Part shown: in pieces, positions 47,800 to 56,951 of the stretch | How positions within the stretch are numbered: the stretch's first letter is position 1 | How the letters are laid out: each line of letters opens with the position of its first letter | Source of the DNA: Verrucomicrobiales bacterium | GTDB lineage: Bacteria; Verrucomicrobiota; Verrucomicrobiia; Verrucomicrobiales; Verrucomicrobiaceae | Direction of reading: 5' to 3' | Length of the DNA: 64,000 nucleotides | Assembly: GCA_038230495.1 (NCBI GenBank) | Contig: JBBRNC010000008.1 | Location: 30,378-94,377, forward strand | Program-made: the position numbers and the translations under genes | Notes under the pieces: generated by a model | What the model saw: only the letters and a program-made list of their open reading frames with translations | What the model was told of the DNA's origin: nothing | Database searches by the model: none

Positions 47800-50442
47800 T
47801 CACGCCTTTTTATCTTCCAGACCCTGCTTGATCACGAAGATGATTTGCGCGTGATGCGGACGGTTTGATTCAACGACGTCAGGCTCTTCTGCTTCCATCT
47901 TTTTCTGGATTCGCTGCAATTCATAAAGCGCGACTGAGCGGGCGGCGGCAAAATGGGTTTTGCCTTTCACGATACTGATCAAGCGATCCACATAGTCGAT
48001 CTGCAAATTCTGCCGGACGGTGCTCACGGGCGCGTTCGCGGCCTCGCCATTCATGATCGTCAGAGTGAGGTCGCGCATCATCTGATGCAAGGGATAGCCA
48101 TTCCCATAAAGTGCGCTGTCGAGGATGCGGTTCTGCGTGTTCGCGTGAAGCAGATGATCGAGCAAAGCGCGCTGAAAAGTGAGCACGCGTGTATGAAGCT
48201 TGGGGTCTTCTCCGGTTTCTCTGAAATCAAAGCCGCGGCGTTGCTGCTGAAGATGGCGCAGCAAATCTTCTGGCACCTGCCATGAGTCGGGGCCAAAAGC
48301 GAACTTGGCGAGCGCAGCCATCGCGGCTTTCTGCTTCTCAGCTTCCACAGGCTTGAAGGGATCAGGCGTGTTTTCTTTGACCTGCCCGACGAAGGCACGC
48401 TCCACATAAACTCCGCCAACGTATCGACTGATGGCGGTTAGCGCATTGCTCTTCTCTGTGCTGAGCGAGATGTAGCTCTGCAAAAGTTCCTGCCAGCTCC
48501 GGCCTTCTTTGGGGCGATCAGCCATCAGCTTTCCGATGGCCTGCTGCACGATCTCGCATCGCTCCGTGCCATAAGCGACGGGATCGCTGCTCATGTCGAA
48601 CACTTGGGCGCGCGGATCAATTCCCTTGCCGGGCATACGCATGTCATCCGCATCATTGGCGAAGCCTAACTGCGGTTCATTCGAGCGACTCGCGATTACG
48701 GCCAGTCGCTTAGATTCGGCTACTGCATCCGGCAAAGCCTCGCTGTATCCGTAGGCAATAGCCCAGTCATCATAGACACCTGGGGCGTCCATGTAATACT
48801 GGCCCTGATGCTTTTTATCGGGGCCGAGGTTGAGCGGCATGTAATCCATCACGGATGCACTTAGCCCGGTTTTCTCAGTCAGAGCGCGGTCGCGAAGATC
48901 TGCAGGAGAGTGGAGATGGCTGGCGCGGAAATTATGATTGAGACCGAGCGTGTGCCCAAGTTCATGGAGGATGAGCTGGGACATGGACTCCTTCAGCATC
49001 GTGTCAAAATCTACCTGATCTGCTTTACGCAAGCGCAGCATGTTCGATCCGAATAGCAGACCCTGCTGGGTCATCGTGGCCGCCATGCAAGCGTGTTGAT
49101 CGAACGCGGCATCGCCATTGCTTTTCGACAGTCCGGCCATTCCAAGTTCATCCCAGAGGCGGTGCGCCATCACGCGATTCTTCACGAAACTGAACTCAAA
49201 CATAATGTCCGCACCGAGAATCTGTCCCGTGCGCGGATTGGCAAAGCTCGGCCCGTAGCCGCCGAACGGAGCCTTGGGCGAAGATGTCCAGCGCAGGACA
49301 TTATGATCAAGGTCGCCAGCGTTCCATTTGGCGTCATCGGGCTGCACATTGACGACGAGAGCATTTTTAAATCCGATCTTTTCAAAGGACTTGTTCCAGA
49401 GTAGTGCGGCATTTTTGATGGTCTCGCGAAACTCAAGTGGCGTGGTGTTCTCAATCCACCACACGATTGGTTCCACCGGCTCGCTCAAGGCGGCCTCGGG
49501 TTCCTTCTTTTTTAGATTCCAGCGATGAATGAAATCGCGATAGGGCGTGGCCTCGGTCGAAATCTGGTCGGTGAGATGCGTCATGAAATAGCCCACGCGC
49601 GGATCGTCGGAGCGCGGCTGGTAATCATTCTCCGGCATGGCCACCAGCGTGTGCTGCACGCGAATGCTCACGTAGCGCGGATCAGCCATGTCCTGCAATC
49701 CCTTGGCATCATCCTCCTGCTTAGACGGCGTGGGATTTTCATAAACGTAGTCAACCACGAAAAACGTATTGCGAGGATAGGAACCCCAACGGGTGAACTT
49801 GGTCTTCGATTCGGAGAGCTTTCCGAGCACCGCCTTGCCTTCGGGGCCGGATGAACTCGGCTTCACTTGCATGAATGCCTCTCTCAAGAATAGACTGCCC
49901 GCGCTGACGAGAAAGCCTTCATCGTTCGATGCGATGATCGGTTCCGAGGCCACAATCGCGTTGCTGATGTTCGCGTTTGCGGCGCGAGCCAGCGGATGTT
50001 CGGGATCAAAATAATACGCGGTGTTTTGCAGAATGAACTCCAGCTTGCCATAGAGCTTCGAGATCGTGAAAACTTCACTCTCAGCAAACTGTCCCCGGTT
50101 GCGCCCGGCTTGCACCACTCCGTCAACCACGTGCGAGAAATAGATGAACTCCCGTTTGATCTGATCTTTTTTAACAAAGAGATAGAGCGCTCCAGTTTCG
50201 CGATCGGCGAAGACCTGAAACAGTCCTTTAAATTCCTGACAGTTCTTCGTGACGTCAGCGATGCTCTTTTTCTTAGGTGAAGCATCGGCTGGAGTAGCGT
50301 GATCGGCTGGCTTCGCGGGGGCGACCTGCGGCGCGGGTTGCGGCGTTTCGGGTTTAGGTTGTGGCTGCGGCTCAGGCGTCTGCGCGACTAAGGACGCGGC
50401 AGAAATCGCCGTTGCGAGAAAGAGCTTTAGGGTATGTTTCAT
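47800..50442 (-). CDS. Secreted zinc-dependent metalloprotease (DUF4953/DUF5117 family)
   Basis: Signal peptide, Pro/Gln-rich linker, HELGHTLGLNHN zinc-binding HExxH motif; 880 aa. Confidence 0.75.
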   Translation of the reverse strand: MKHTLKLFLATAISAASLVAQTPEPQPQPKPETPQPAPQVAPAKPADHATPADASPKKKSIADVTKNCQEFKGLFQVFADRETGALYLFVKKDQIKREFIYFSHVVDGVVQAGRNRGQFAESEVFTISKLYGKLEFILQNTAYYFDPEHPLARAANANISNAIVASEPIIASNDEGFLVSAGSLFLREAFMQVKPSSSGPEGKAVLGKLSESKTKFTRWGSYPRNTFFVVDYVYENPTPSKQEDDAKGLQDMADPRYVSIRVQHTLVAMPENDYQPRSDDPRVGYFMTHLTDQISTEATPYRDFIHRWNLKKKEPEAALSEPVEPIVWWIENTTPLEFRETIKNAALLWNKSFEKIGFKNALVVNVQPDDAKWNAGDLDHNVLRWTSSPKAPFGGYGPSFANPRTGQILGADIMFEFSFVKNRVMAHRLWDELGMAGLSKSNGDAAFDQHACMAATMTQQGLLFGSNMLRLRKADQVDFDTMLKESMSQLILHELGHTLGLNHNFRASHLHSPADLRDRALTEKTGLSASVMDYMPLNLGPDKKHQGQYYMDAPGVYDDWAIAYGYSEALPDAVAESKRLAVIASRSNEPQLGFANDADDMRMPGKGIDPRAQVFDMSSDPVAYGTERCEIVQQAIGKLMADRPKEGRSWQELLQSYISLSTEKSNALTAISRYVGGVYVERAFVGQVKENTPDPFKPVEAEKQKAAMAALAKFAFGPDSWQVPEDLLRHLQQQRRGFDFRETGEDPKLHTRVLTFQRALLDHLLHANTQNRILDSALYGNGYPLHQMMRDLTLTIMNGEAANAPVSTVRQNLQIDYVDRLISIVKGKTHFAAARSVALYELQRIQKKMEAEEPDVVESNRPHHAQIIFVIKQGLEDKKA

Positions 50443-50512
50443 TAGTAGATAAGGTATAAGCGATCAGCACTGGTGTTCTTACCAGAATCAATTCGGGCAA
50501 TCCATTTGATCC

Positions 50513-51472
50513 CTAGCGCTTTGGTCTGCGCACTCTAAAAAACAGAAGGATTGCCGCGCTGCCAACTAACAGTGCCGACGAGGGTTCGGGCACGGCAACA
50601 ATGCTTTGAATCTCCGCTGCACTGCTGCTCACACGCGAAAGATAAAGTGATGATGGGCCGGTGACCGAAATCCAGATGCTGCCGTTTTGCTCATAATATC
50701 CGCTGGTATCGAACAGCGCCGCCGTGAATGAATTGGAACCATCCGCACTGGCCGAGAACGGGCCATTTTCAACTCCGTAATTGATGCCCACGAGTTGCCA
50801 CACTCCGCCCACATTGATAAAGGCTCCGCCACCGGAGTCACCGCCCGAAAGGGTGAACTCTTCCAGACTCGGTAACGGATTAAAGTCCGCCACCAGCAAT
50901 GGCCCTACCCCGCTGCTCACCGAGCCGGTGAAGTTGTTCACTCCCCAACGTGCGACGCCGTCGCTCCCGTTGGTGCTGTAGCCTTTCAAGACGCTGCTCA
51001 GTGTGACATCCGCGCCGCGCGGCCCGCCACGCCCCGTGCCCACAAATTCTGCCGTCAAATCCGCGTTACCAGTATATACTGGCGCGTAGGTTGAAAATAT
51101 TCCTCCAGTAATCTGATAAATGCGTAAGTCGGTGCCCGCGATGTCCCAGTAGCCGGTGCCGCCATTGGCGCTGGTGTTAATGGAATAATTCACCGTGGCC
51201 GCACCGCTGAAAATCGTGTCGTATGAAAACGTAGAACTGTTCACTCCGATGTGTTGCGCAGTGATGAACATCGTGGGCGAAATCATAGTCCCCAGATAAC
51301 TGCCGAAATAGCCTTCATACTGCCATCCAGAGTCTACATACGTCCCAGTCGGAGCAGCGATGTTGTGCGAGGCATCGCCCGTGTCGTAAAACAGAATGCC
51401 CTGAGCCACAGGCGCGAATGCCATCAAAAACGACAGCACTACAATCGGAAAAATGAGAGGACGACGCGACAT
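50513..51472 (-). CDS. Secreted PEP-CTERM sorting-domain protein
   Basis: N-terminal signal; C-terminal VPEPSSALLVGSAAILLFFRVRRPKR (PEP motif + TM + basic tail). Confidence 0.7.
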   Translation of the reverse strand: MSRRPLIFPIVVLSFLMAFAPVAQGILFYDTGDASHNIAAPTGTYVDSGWQYEGYFGSYLGTMISPTMFITAQHIGVNSSTFSYDTIFSGAATVNYSINTSANGGTGYWDIAGTDLRIYQITGGIFSTYAPVYTGNADLTAEFVGTGRGGPRGADVTLSSVLKGYSTNGSDGVARWGVNNFTGSVSSGVGPLLVADFNPLPSLEEFTLSGGDSGGGAFINVGGVWQLVGINYGVENGPFSASADGSNSFTAALFDTSGYYEQNGSIWISVTGPSSLYLSRVSSSAAEIQSIVAVPEPSSALLVGSAAILLFFRVRRPKR

Positions 51473-51543
51473 GAAACAGGAAGTCGCTTAATTTATAGTA
51501 ATTATAAGCAATAGCAAGCCACATCGCTCTCACGAAGGACAAC

Positions 51544-51655
51544 GTAGGTGATGCGTCTCGCTTCACTCACCGGTTCCCGTCCCATGATAAACGACTTCAC
51601 TCCCACGTGGTCATGGGTCTTTCGTGGAGTGAGTGAAGCGAGACGCATCACCTAC
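51544..51655. repeat. Perfect 27-bp inverted repeat with 58-bp spacer containing a nested inverted repeat
   Basis: GTAGGTGATGCGTCTCGCTTCACTCAC ... GTGAGTGAAGCGAGACGCATCACCTAC; inner CCCATGA...TCATGGG; immediately 3' of the mpl stop and 5' of the PEP-CTERM gene. Confidence 0.85.
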
Positions 51656-51658
51656 ATT

Positions 51659-53041
51659 CTAAAGCCGCTCCATGAGCTTTTGATGTATGCCTTCAAATCC
51701 GCCGTTGCTAAAGACGATCACCACATCGCCCGATTTCACCAGCGGCTTCAAGCGCGCGATGATCGCGTCCACTCCGGTTTCATGAAAGGCTTCGCGACCC
51801 GCCGCTCGAACTGCTGCAGCCACGGCATCCACATCCAGAAGCTGACCGGCAGGAACTTTCTCTGGTGTGTTCACCGCCGCGATGATTGAGCCATCGGCCT
51901 CCTTGAGCGCGGTGATGAGTTCGTTCTGGAGAAGATTGCGCCGACTGGTGTTGGAGCGCGGTTCAAACAAGGCCCACAAACGCGCGCCCTTGTATCGCTG
52001 GCGCAGACCGCGCAAGGTCTCGCGGATAGCGGTCGGATGATGGCCGAAATCGTCAATGATGTGAATGCCATTCACGGTGCCGCGTTCCGTCTGACGTCGC
52101 AGCACACCCCTGAACTCCAGCAGCGCCGCGCGAATCTGGGCATCGCTCAATCCCGCATGACGCGCCGCGCATACGGCCATCGCAGCATTGCGCACATTGA
52201 ACTCGCCGACCATCGGCACGATGAAATTTTCGCCATTCAACTCGAAGCCTGTGTGCTCCGCCGCTGCATCCGTGATTTTGATTTTGATCTCGCAATCTTC
52301 GCCAATGCCAACGGTTGAAACCGGCGCGGGACAGTCCTTGATCAAAGCCCGGCAGTTGTCTTCGTCGCCATTCAAGAAAACACGCCCTGTTCGCGGCACG
52401 AGCTTCAACATGCGCGTGAACTCGCGCTGAATGTCCTTCACGGACTCGAAGATGTCCGCGTGATCCATTTCGAGATTGTTGACGATGACGCACTCAGGCA
52501 GGTAGTGGATGAACTTCGAGCGTTTGTCGAAGAAGGCGGTGTCGTATTCATCGCCCTCAATCACAAAAAACTCCGAGGCATTGAAGCGCGCGCCCACTGC
52601 AAAATTGTCCGGCACACCGCCGATGAGATAGCCCGGGTTTTTGCCTGCGTGCTCTAGCAGCCAAGCTAGAATCGAGGTCGTGGTCGTTTTTCCATGGGTG
52701 CCAGTGACGACTAAATTCCGTCGCCCTTGCAGAACTTGAGAGCGCAGCAGTTCCGCGAGAGAAGTAAAAGGCAATCGGCGTTCGAGCACCGCCTCGACCT
52801 CTGGATTGCCACGCGAAATGGCGTTGCCCACCACGATGCAGTCTGCTTCTGCGGGCAAGTTTTCTGGCTTGTAGCCTTCCATTACTTTGATGCCGCACTT
52901 CTCCAGCATCGTGGACATCGGTGGATAAACTTTTTGATCCGAGCCGGTGATGACATGTCCGGCCACGCGCATGGCCGCAGCCGCAGAGCCCATCGCCGTG
53001 CCGCCGATGCCGATGAAGTGAAAGTGTTTGGGGGAAGCCAT
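51659..53041 (-). CDS. mpl: Mur ligase family; probable UDP-N-acetylmuramate:L-Ala-gamma-D-Glu-meso-DAP ligase (Mpl), possibly MurC
   Basis: HFHFIGIGGTAMGSAA N-terminal motif, Mur ligase middle domain GTHGKTTTTS; about 460 aa; not within a dcw cluster. Confidence 0.6.
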   Translation of the reverse strand: MASPKHFHFIGIGGTAMGSAAAAMRVAGHVITGSDQKVYPPMSTMLEKCGIKVMEGYKPENLPAEADCIVVGNAISRGNPEVEAVLERRLPFTSLAELLRSQVLQGRRNLVVTGTHGKTTTTSILAWLLEHAGKNPGYLIGGVPDNFAVGARFNASEFFVIEGDEYDTAFFDKRSKFIHYLPECVIVNNLEMDHADIFESVKDIQREFTRMLKLVPRTGRVFLNGDEDNCRALIKDCPAPVSTVGIGEDCEIKIKITDAAAEHTGFELNGENFIVPMVGEFNVRNAAMAVCAARHAGLSDAQIRAALLEFRGVLRRQTERGTVNGIHIIDDFGHHPTAIRETLRGLRQRYKGARLWALFEPRSNTSRRNLLQNELITALKEADGSIIAAVNTPEKVPAGQLLDVDAVAAAVRAAGREAFHETGVDAIIARLKPLVKSGDVVIVFSNGGFEGIHQKLMERL

Positions 53042-53154
53042 CAGAGCCGCGTTCCTTACTTCGCGATGAGCGAAGCGCAACTTTGGAGTGAAATTTGGAG
53101 CGCGGCGAATTTGACTGGACGGACGTGCGCAGTTCCATCATCCTTTCCGACAAT

Positions 53155-54472
53155 GAAACGCCACTCCTGCCTCCAGCTTGAGATGTTTTCGATCCTGCTC
53201 CTTCTGAGCACCAGCGTCGTTGCGCGAGAATGGAAAGACAGCGCGGGCAGAAAAATTGAAGCTGACATTCTCGGCATCGAACAAGGCAACGCCGTCGTGA
53301 TCGTGCAAGGCAAGCAACGCGCCAAGCTGCCTCTAGCCAAACTGTCTGCTGATGACCAAACATGGTTGAAGGAATGGGCCAAGGATAAATCCCCCGCGCA
53401 ACAGCTCCCGCTTCCGATCTGGCCCGAGACCGTGCTCCAGCCAGAGATCAAGCTCACAGGCGGAAAATCCAAAGATGGAGTCTTCGTTTTCCACAGCCCG
53501 CATTATGAATTTAATTGCGACGCTGAAGTATCCGCATCCGTGATCAATGACTTCGCCACCGTCGCTGAAGGCACACTGAAATTAATCTACTCGTTACCGC
53601 TGCGCTTCGCTCCATTGGAGGGCCGCACCTTTGGCGCACGCATCTGCCAGAGCCGCACGGCTTACGAACGCGCAGGCGGCCCACCCGGCAGCGGGGGCGT
53701 GTTCATCATGGGAAACATGAGCGGCCAAGGCGTGCTCCTCGTTCCATTCGAGAGTCTGGGCATCGAGAAATTCGCGGGACACAATACTAAGAGTTACAAC
53801 TATCACTCCACCGTGCTCATTCATGAGATGGCGCATCAGACCACAGCGGAACTGCTGCCGCTCATGCCCAAATGGGTTGCGGAAGGCCTGGCCGAATACG
53901 CAGGTAACATGATCTATCGCAACGGAGTGTTCTATCTCGGTGCCCGCGACCGCTTGCAGGCCTTGCACACGCGGCTGGATACCTACGATAAGCTCTCGCG
54001 AGAACAAGACGCGCAAGTAATGGCCTCGCCCTCTAATAAACCGCCCGCTCCCGCGAATGCTACGCCGACTCGCCTACCGGAAAGCTGGATCATGCGCCCT
54101 AGCGAACTGGTGAAAAAAACTGACCGCGACTGGAGCACTAATGTCAATAATCGCGCCGCTCATATCCAGCTCCATCGCATGTATCTCTCCTCCATGTTCC
54201 TCGTGCATTACTATCTCCACATGGCCGACAATGGTGAAGCGCGCCGCATCCGCTTATACTTTGACGAACTGGCCACCGACTCCGCCTGGTTCCGCACTCA
54301 GGGACGCGGCGGCGAACCCGCCCCCTCTTACCTTAAGAGCGATTCTTCCATCGAAGACATTCGCAGTCACTATGCGCGTCATCTTTTCTCAGCAAGTGAT
54401 CTCGCCGCGCTCGATGCGGATTTCCGCGCGAAATATGTTGCTCTGGGGTTCAGGATTCCGGAGTGGAAGTGA
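53155..54472 (+). CDS. Secreted protein with N-terminal SHD1-like module and HExxH (HEMAHQ) metallopeptidase-like motif
   Basis: Signal peptide; REWKDSAGRKIEADILG...AKLSADDQTWLKEWA; later IHEMAHQ; ORF track 52727..54472, start trimmed to MKRHSCLQ. Confidence 0.5.
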
Positions 54473-54506
54473 ACTGGCTGTTTTTTTGATAAAATACTGG
54501 AAAATC

Positions 54507-54575
54507 CCCGTGAATGAACAGCTTCCGGCTCATCCAAAAGTAACTCCATCTGGAGATCAGCGTCAGATAGTGTCT
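54507..54575. repeat. Degenerate ~66-bp copy of the pgsA 3' end (left boundary of the DUF433/DUF5615 cassette)
   Basis: ccgtgaatgaacagcttccggctcatccaaaagtaactccatctggagatcagcgtcagatagtg is about 75% identical to 55210..55275; minus-strand translation LTLISRWSYFWMSRKLFIHGDF versus the PgsA C-terminus LTLISGWSYFYKNRSLFLNGAG. Confidence 0.75.
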
Positions 54576-54642
54576 GTGCTGCTCCGCGACACGGTTCTGC
54601 GTGCGCCTTGACTCGTGATGCCAAAATAGCTAACTTCCCAAC

Positions 54643-54879
54643 ATGAATTACCGAGAGCGTATTATGATCGATCCACGCATTCGCAGCGGCAAGCCCTGCA
54701 TACGCGGCACACGGATCGCAGTGGCGGACGTTTTCGATTACCTCGGTGGCGGCATGACCATTGCCGAAGTGCTGGACGATTTTCCTGACCTGACCGCCGA
54801 CGACATTCAGGCGTGCTTTGCGTTTGCCGCTGACAGTGACCGCCGCCTAAACGTCGTTCCGCATGCAGTTGCTCTTTGA
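54643..54879 (+). CDS. DUF433-family putative antitoxin
   Basis: IDPRIRSGKPCIRGTRIAV...FPDLTADDIQACFAFAA is the DUF433 consensus; 78 aa. Confidence 0.7.
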   Translation: MNYRERIMIDPRIRSGKPCIRGTRIAVADVFDYLGGGMTIAEVLDDFPDLTADDIQACFAFAADSDRRLNVVPHAVAL

Positions 54880-55201
54880 TGAGAATCTTTCTCCCAAGCT
54901 GCCTCGCTTGGTGGAGATGCTTTTCCCCAACAGCACGCACGTCCGCGAGTGCGGGCTGCTTGGCCAACCCGACGAGGAAGTGTGGGAGTATGCGCGCACC
55001 CACGGCTTAGCCATCATCACGAAGGACTCCGACTTTCATCAGCGCAGTATGCTTTACGGCCATCCACCCAAAATCGTCTGGCTACGTATTGGCAACTGCA
55101 CCCGAGAGCAACTCGTCCAACTAATCACGGCACACGAACTGGTTATACACGCGCTCGACACAGACCCCTTCGAAGCTGTGCTCATCCTCTCCTCACCCTA
55201 A
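54863..55201 (+). CDS. DUF5615-family (PIN-like) putative toxin
   Basis: MQLLFDENLSPKL...GLLGQPDEEVWEYARTHGLAIITKDSDF matches the DUF5615 consensus; overlaps DUF433 by 17 nt. Confidence 0.7.
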   Translation: MQLLFDENLSPKLPRLVEMLFPNSTHVRECGLLGQPDEEVWEYARTHGLAIITKDSDFHQRSMLYGHPPKIVWLRIGNCTREQLVQLITAHELVIHALDTDPFEAVLILSSP

Positions 55202-55824
55202 CTCCCCGCTCCGTTGAGAAACAGTGAGCGGTTTTTATAAAAGTAACTCCAGCCGGAGATCAGTGTCAGTGAAACCATGATGGCGAGACAGGAGAAGCCG
55301 AACACGTGGGGCGAGAACCATTTCCACTCGAACGCATGGGCGGCCCATTGCATCATCGGTTCGCCACCGCCAGGGCCGGGTGGCTCTGCGCTGGCGCGCG
55401 CGGCCATGAAATAGACGACGGTGATCATCTGCCAGAGGGTTTTGTGCTTGCCGAGTTTCTCTGCGGCCAGCACCGCGCCCTTGTTCATCGCGAGCAGGCG
55501 AATGCCAGTCACGAAGAACTCGCGAGCTAACACCACGATCACCGTCCATGCGGGTAGTCGCAATGGCTCGCGCGGCTCAGCCGCCAGCATCACTAGGGCC
55601 GCAGCCATGAGAATCTTGTCTGCCAGTGGATCCATCAGCTTGCCGAAATCCGTGACGAGATTCTGCCGACGAGCGATCTCGCCATCGAGGTAATCCGTGA
55701 ATGATGCGACGAGGAATATGATCAACGCCCACGACACTCGGTTTTCTAGCGGGACATAAAACAACACGACGAACACCACCGTCAGCAGAAGACGGGCAAT
55801 GGTGAGTTTGTTAGGAAGATTCAT
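55198..55824 (-). CDS. pgsA: CDP-diacylglycerol--glycerol-3-phosphate 3-phosphatidyltransferase
   Basis: CDP-alcohol phosphatidyltransferase motif DYLDGEIARRQNLVTDFGKLMDPLADK; 208 aa. Confidence 0.85.
   Translation of the reverse strand: MNLPNKLTIARLLLTVVFVVLFYVPLENRVSWALIIFLVASFTDYLDGEIARRQNLVTDFGKLMDPLADKILMAAALVMLAAEPREPLRLPAWTVIVVLAREFFVTGIRLLAMNKGAVLAAEKLGKHKTLWQMITVVYFMAARASAEPPGPGGGEPMMQWAAHAFEWKWFSPHVFGFSCLAIMVSLTLISGWSYFYKNRSLFLNGAGS
55210..55278. repeat. Intact pgsA 3'-terminal segment, right copy of the direct repeat flanking the TA cassette
   Basis: See 54507..54575; this copy encodes the actual PgsA C-terminus. Confidence 0.75.
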
Positions 55825-55871
55825 GCGCGTTGCGTCGAACCGTTGTTAGAAGCAGACGATGCAAAGTCAAT

Positions 55872-56315
55872 TCACCTTTCGGAAAACACCGGCTTTTTCC
55901 AAATAGGCACGCTGGTCTTGATCTCTTTTAGATACCACCGGCACAGATCAAATGAGAGCGCACTGTGCTTTGTCCGCACGCGAATGATGATGCTCGGTTC
56001 TTTCGCGGGAACAAAGCCAAGCCGATGCCTGATCTCGACATGATGCGCCCCATGCTCGACTTGGGCGCGTTCGCAGAGGGCCGCGAGTTCGTTGTCGGCC
56101 ATCGGGCGATAAGCGCTGTATTCGATCCCGCTGATCGGCTGGCCATCTTCCTCGCCGCGCACCACCCCGAGAAATTGCGTCTCCGCGCCCTCGCCATCGG
56201 CAAATACCGTAGGCCCGGCGATGATCGGGCTTTCTGAAAGATGGATGGTGAACGCGGGCATGAACACACGATCCATCGCGATTTCTGCCGCAACATCAAG
56301 CTTGCCGTTTGCCAT
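55872..56315 (-). CDS. moaE: Molybdopterin synthase catalytic subunit
   Basis: MoaE fold blocks (HRLGFVPAKEPSIIIRV); 147 aa; moaD lies 19 kb away. Confidence 0.75.
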   Translation of the reverse strand: MANGKLDVAAEIAMDRVFMPAFTIHLSESPIIAGPTVFADGEGAETQFLGVVRGEEDGQPISGIEYSAYRPMADNELAALCERAQVEHGAHHVEIRHRLGFVPAKEPSIIIRVRTKHSALSFDLCRWYLKEIKTSVPIWKKPVFSER

Positions 56316-56338
56316 CGGAGTCTGTTAATCTTAGCCTC

Positions 56339-56836
56339 ATGAACTCGCACAGACTTTGTTTCAAGCCGTTAGTTATCGCGATCTTGCTGGCCGCATGGGC
56401 TGATTTGGCCAGCGCTCAAGTCGTGCCCGCGTCGCCGAAAGGATTCACCACCCGCACCACTGGCGGCGGCAGTTCGAGCAATATCGGTGTGACCAGCCAG
56501 CCCAAGCCACAGGAAAAAACTGTTCGCACCATCTCCTACATTTCGCTGAGCGAACCCCGTCAGTGGAAAAGCGCCGATGGGAAATCGCTACTTGGAAAGC
56601 TCATCGCCTTCGAGGATTTGATAGTGGAAACAAAAATCGCAGCGGACGCCAAACCATCTCCCTCTGCGCCACCGCTGATGCCAGATCATCCGACCGTGGT
56701 GCGCGATGCCAAAGCGCGGCTCTTCATTGACAGCAAACCCGTCGAGGTGGCGCTAGCTAGGCTCAGTGAGGACGACCAGAAATTCATTGAAAACATCCGC
56801 GCCAGCATCACGGCATCGGCCACTAAGAAGAACTGA
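56339..56836 (+). CDS. Secreted hypothetical protein with SHD1-like module
   Basis: Signal peptide; RQWKSADGKSLLGKLIAFED... and ...VEVALARLSEDDQKFIENI; ORF track start 56309 trimmed. Confidence 0.45.
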   Translation: MNSHRLCFKPLVIAILLAAWADLASAQVVPASPKGFTTRTTGGGSSSNIGVTSQPKPQEKTVRTISYISLSEPRQWKSADGKSLLGKLIAFEDLIVETKIAADAKPSPSAPPLMPDHPTVVRDAKARLFIDSKPVEVALARLSEDDQKFIENIRASITASATKKN

Positions 56837-56951
56837 GCTGAAGATTCATGCGATGCATGAAGAATTTCCCAGTTGCCAAGCGGCTGGTTGAGGCTAGTTG
56901 AATCCCCGCTTTGTCAGAACGACTGCGGATAACTCGACACTAAAAAAGAAC

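Noticed and set aside
52727-53150. N-terminal 140 aa of the 581-aa plus-strand ORF
   Set aside because: Overlaps the 5' end of mpl on the opposite strand; the genuine gene starts at the signal-peptide Met near 53155
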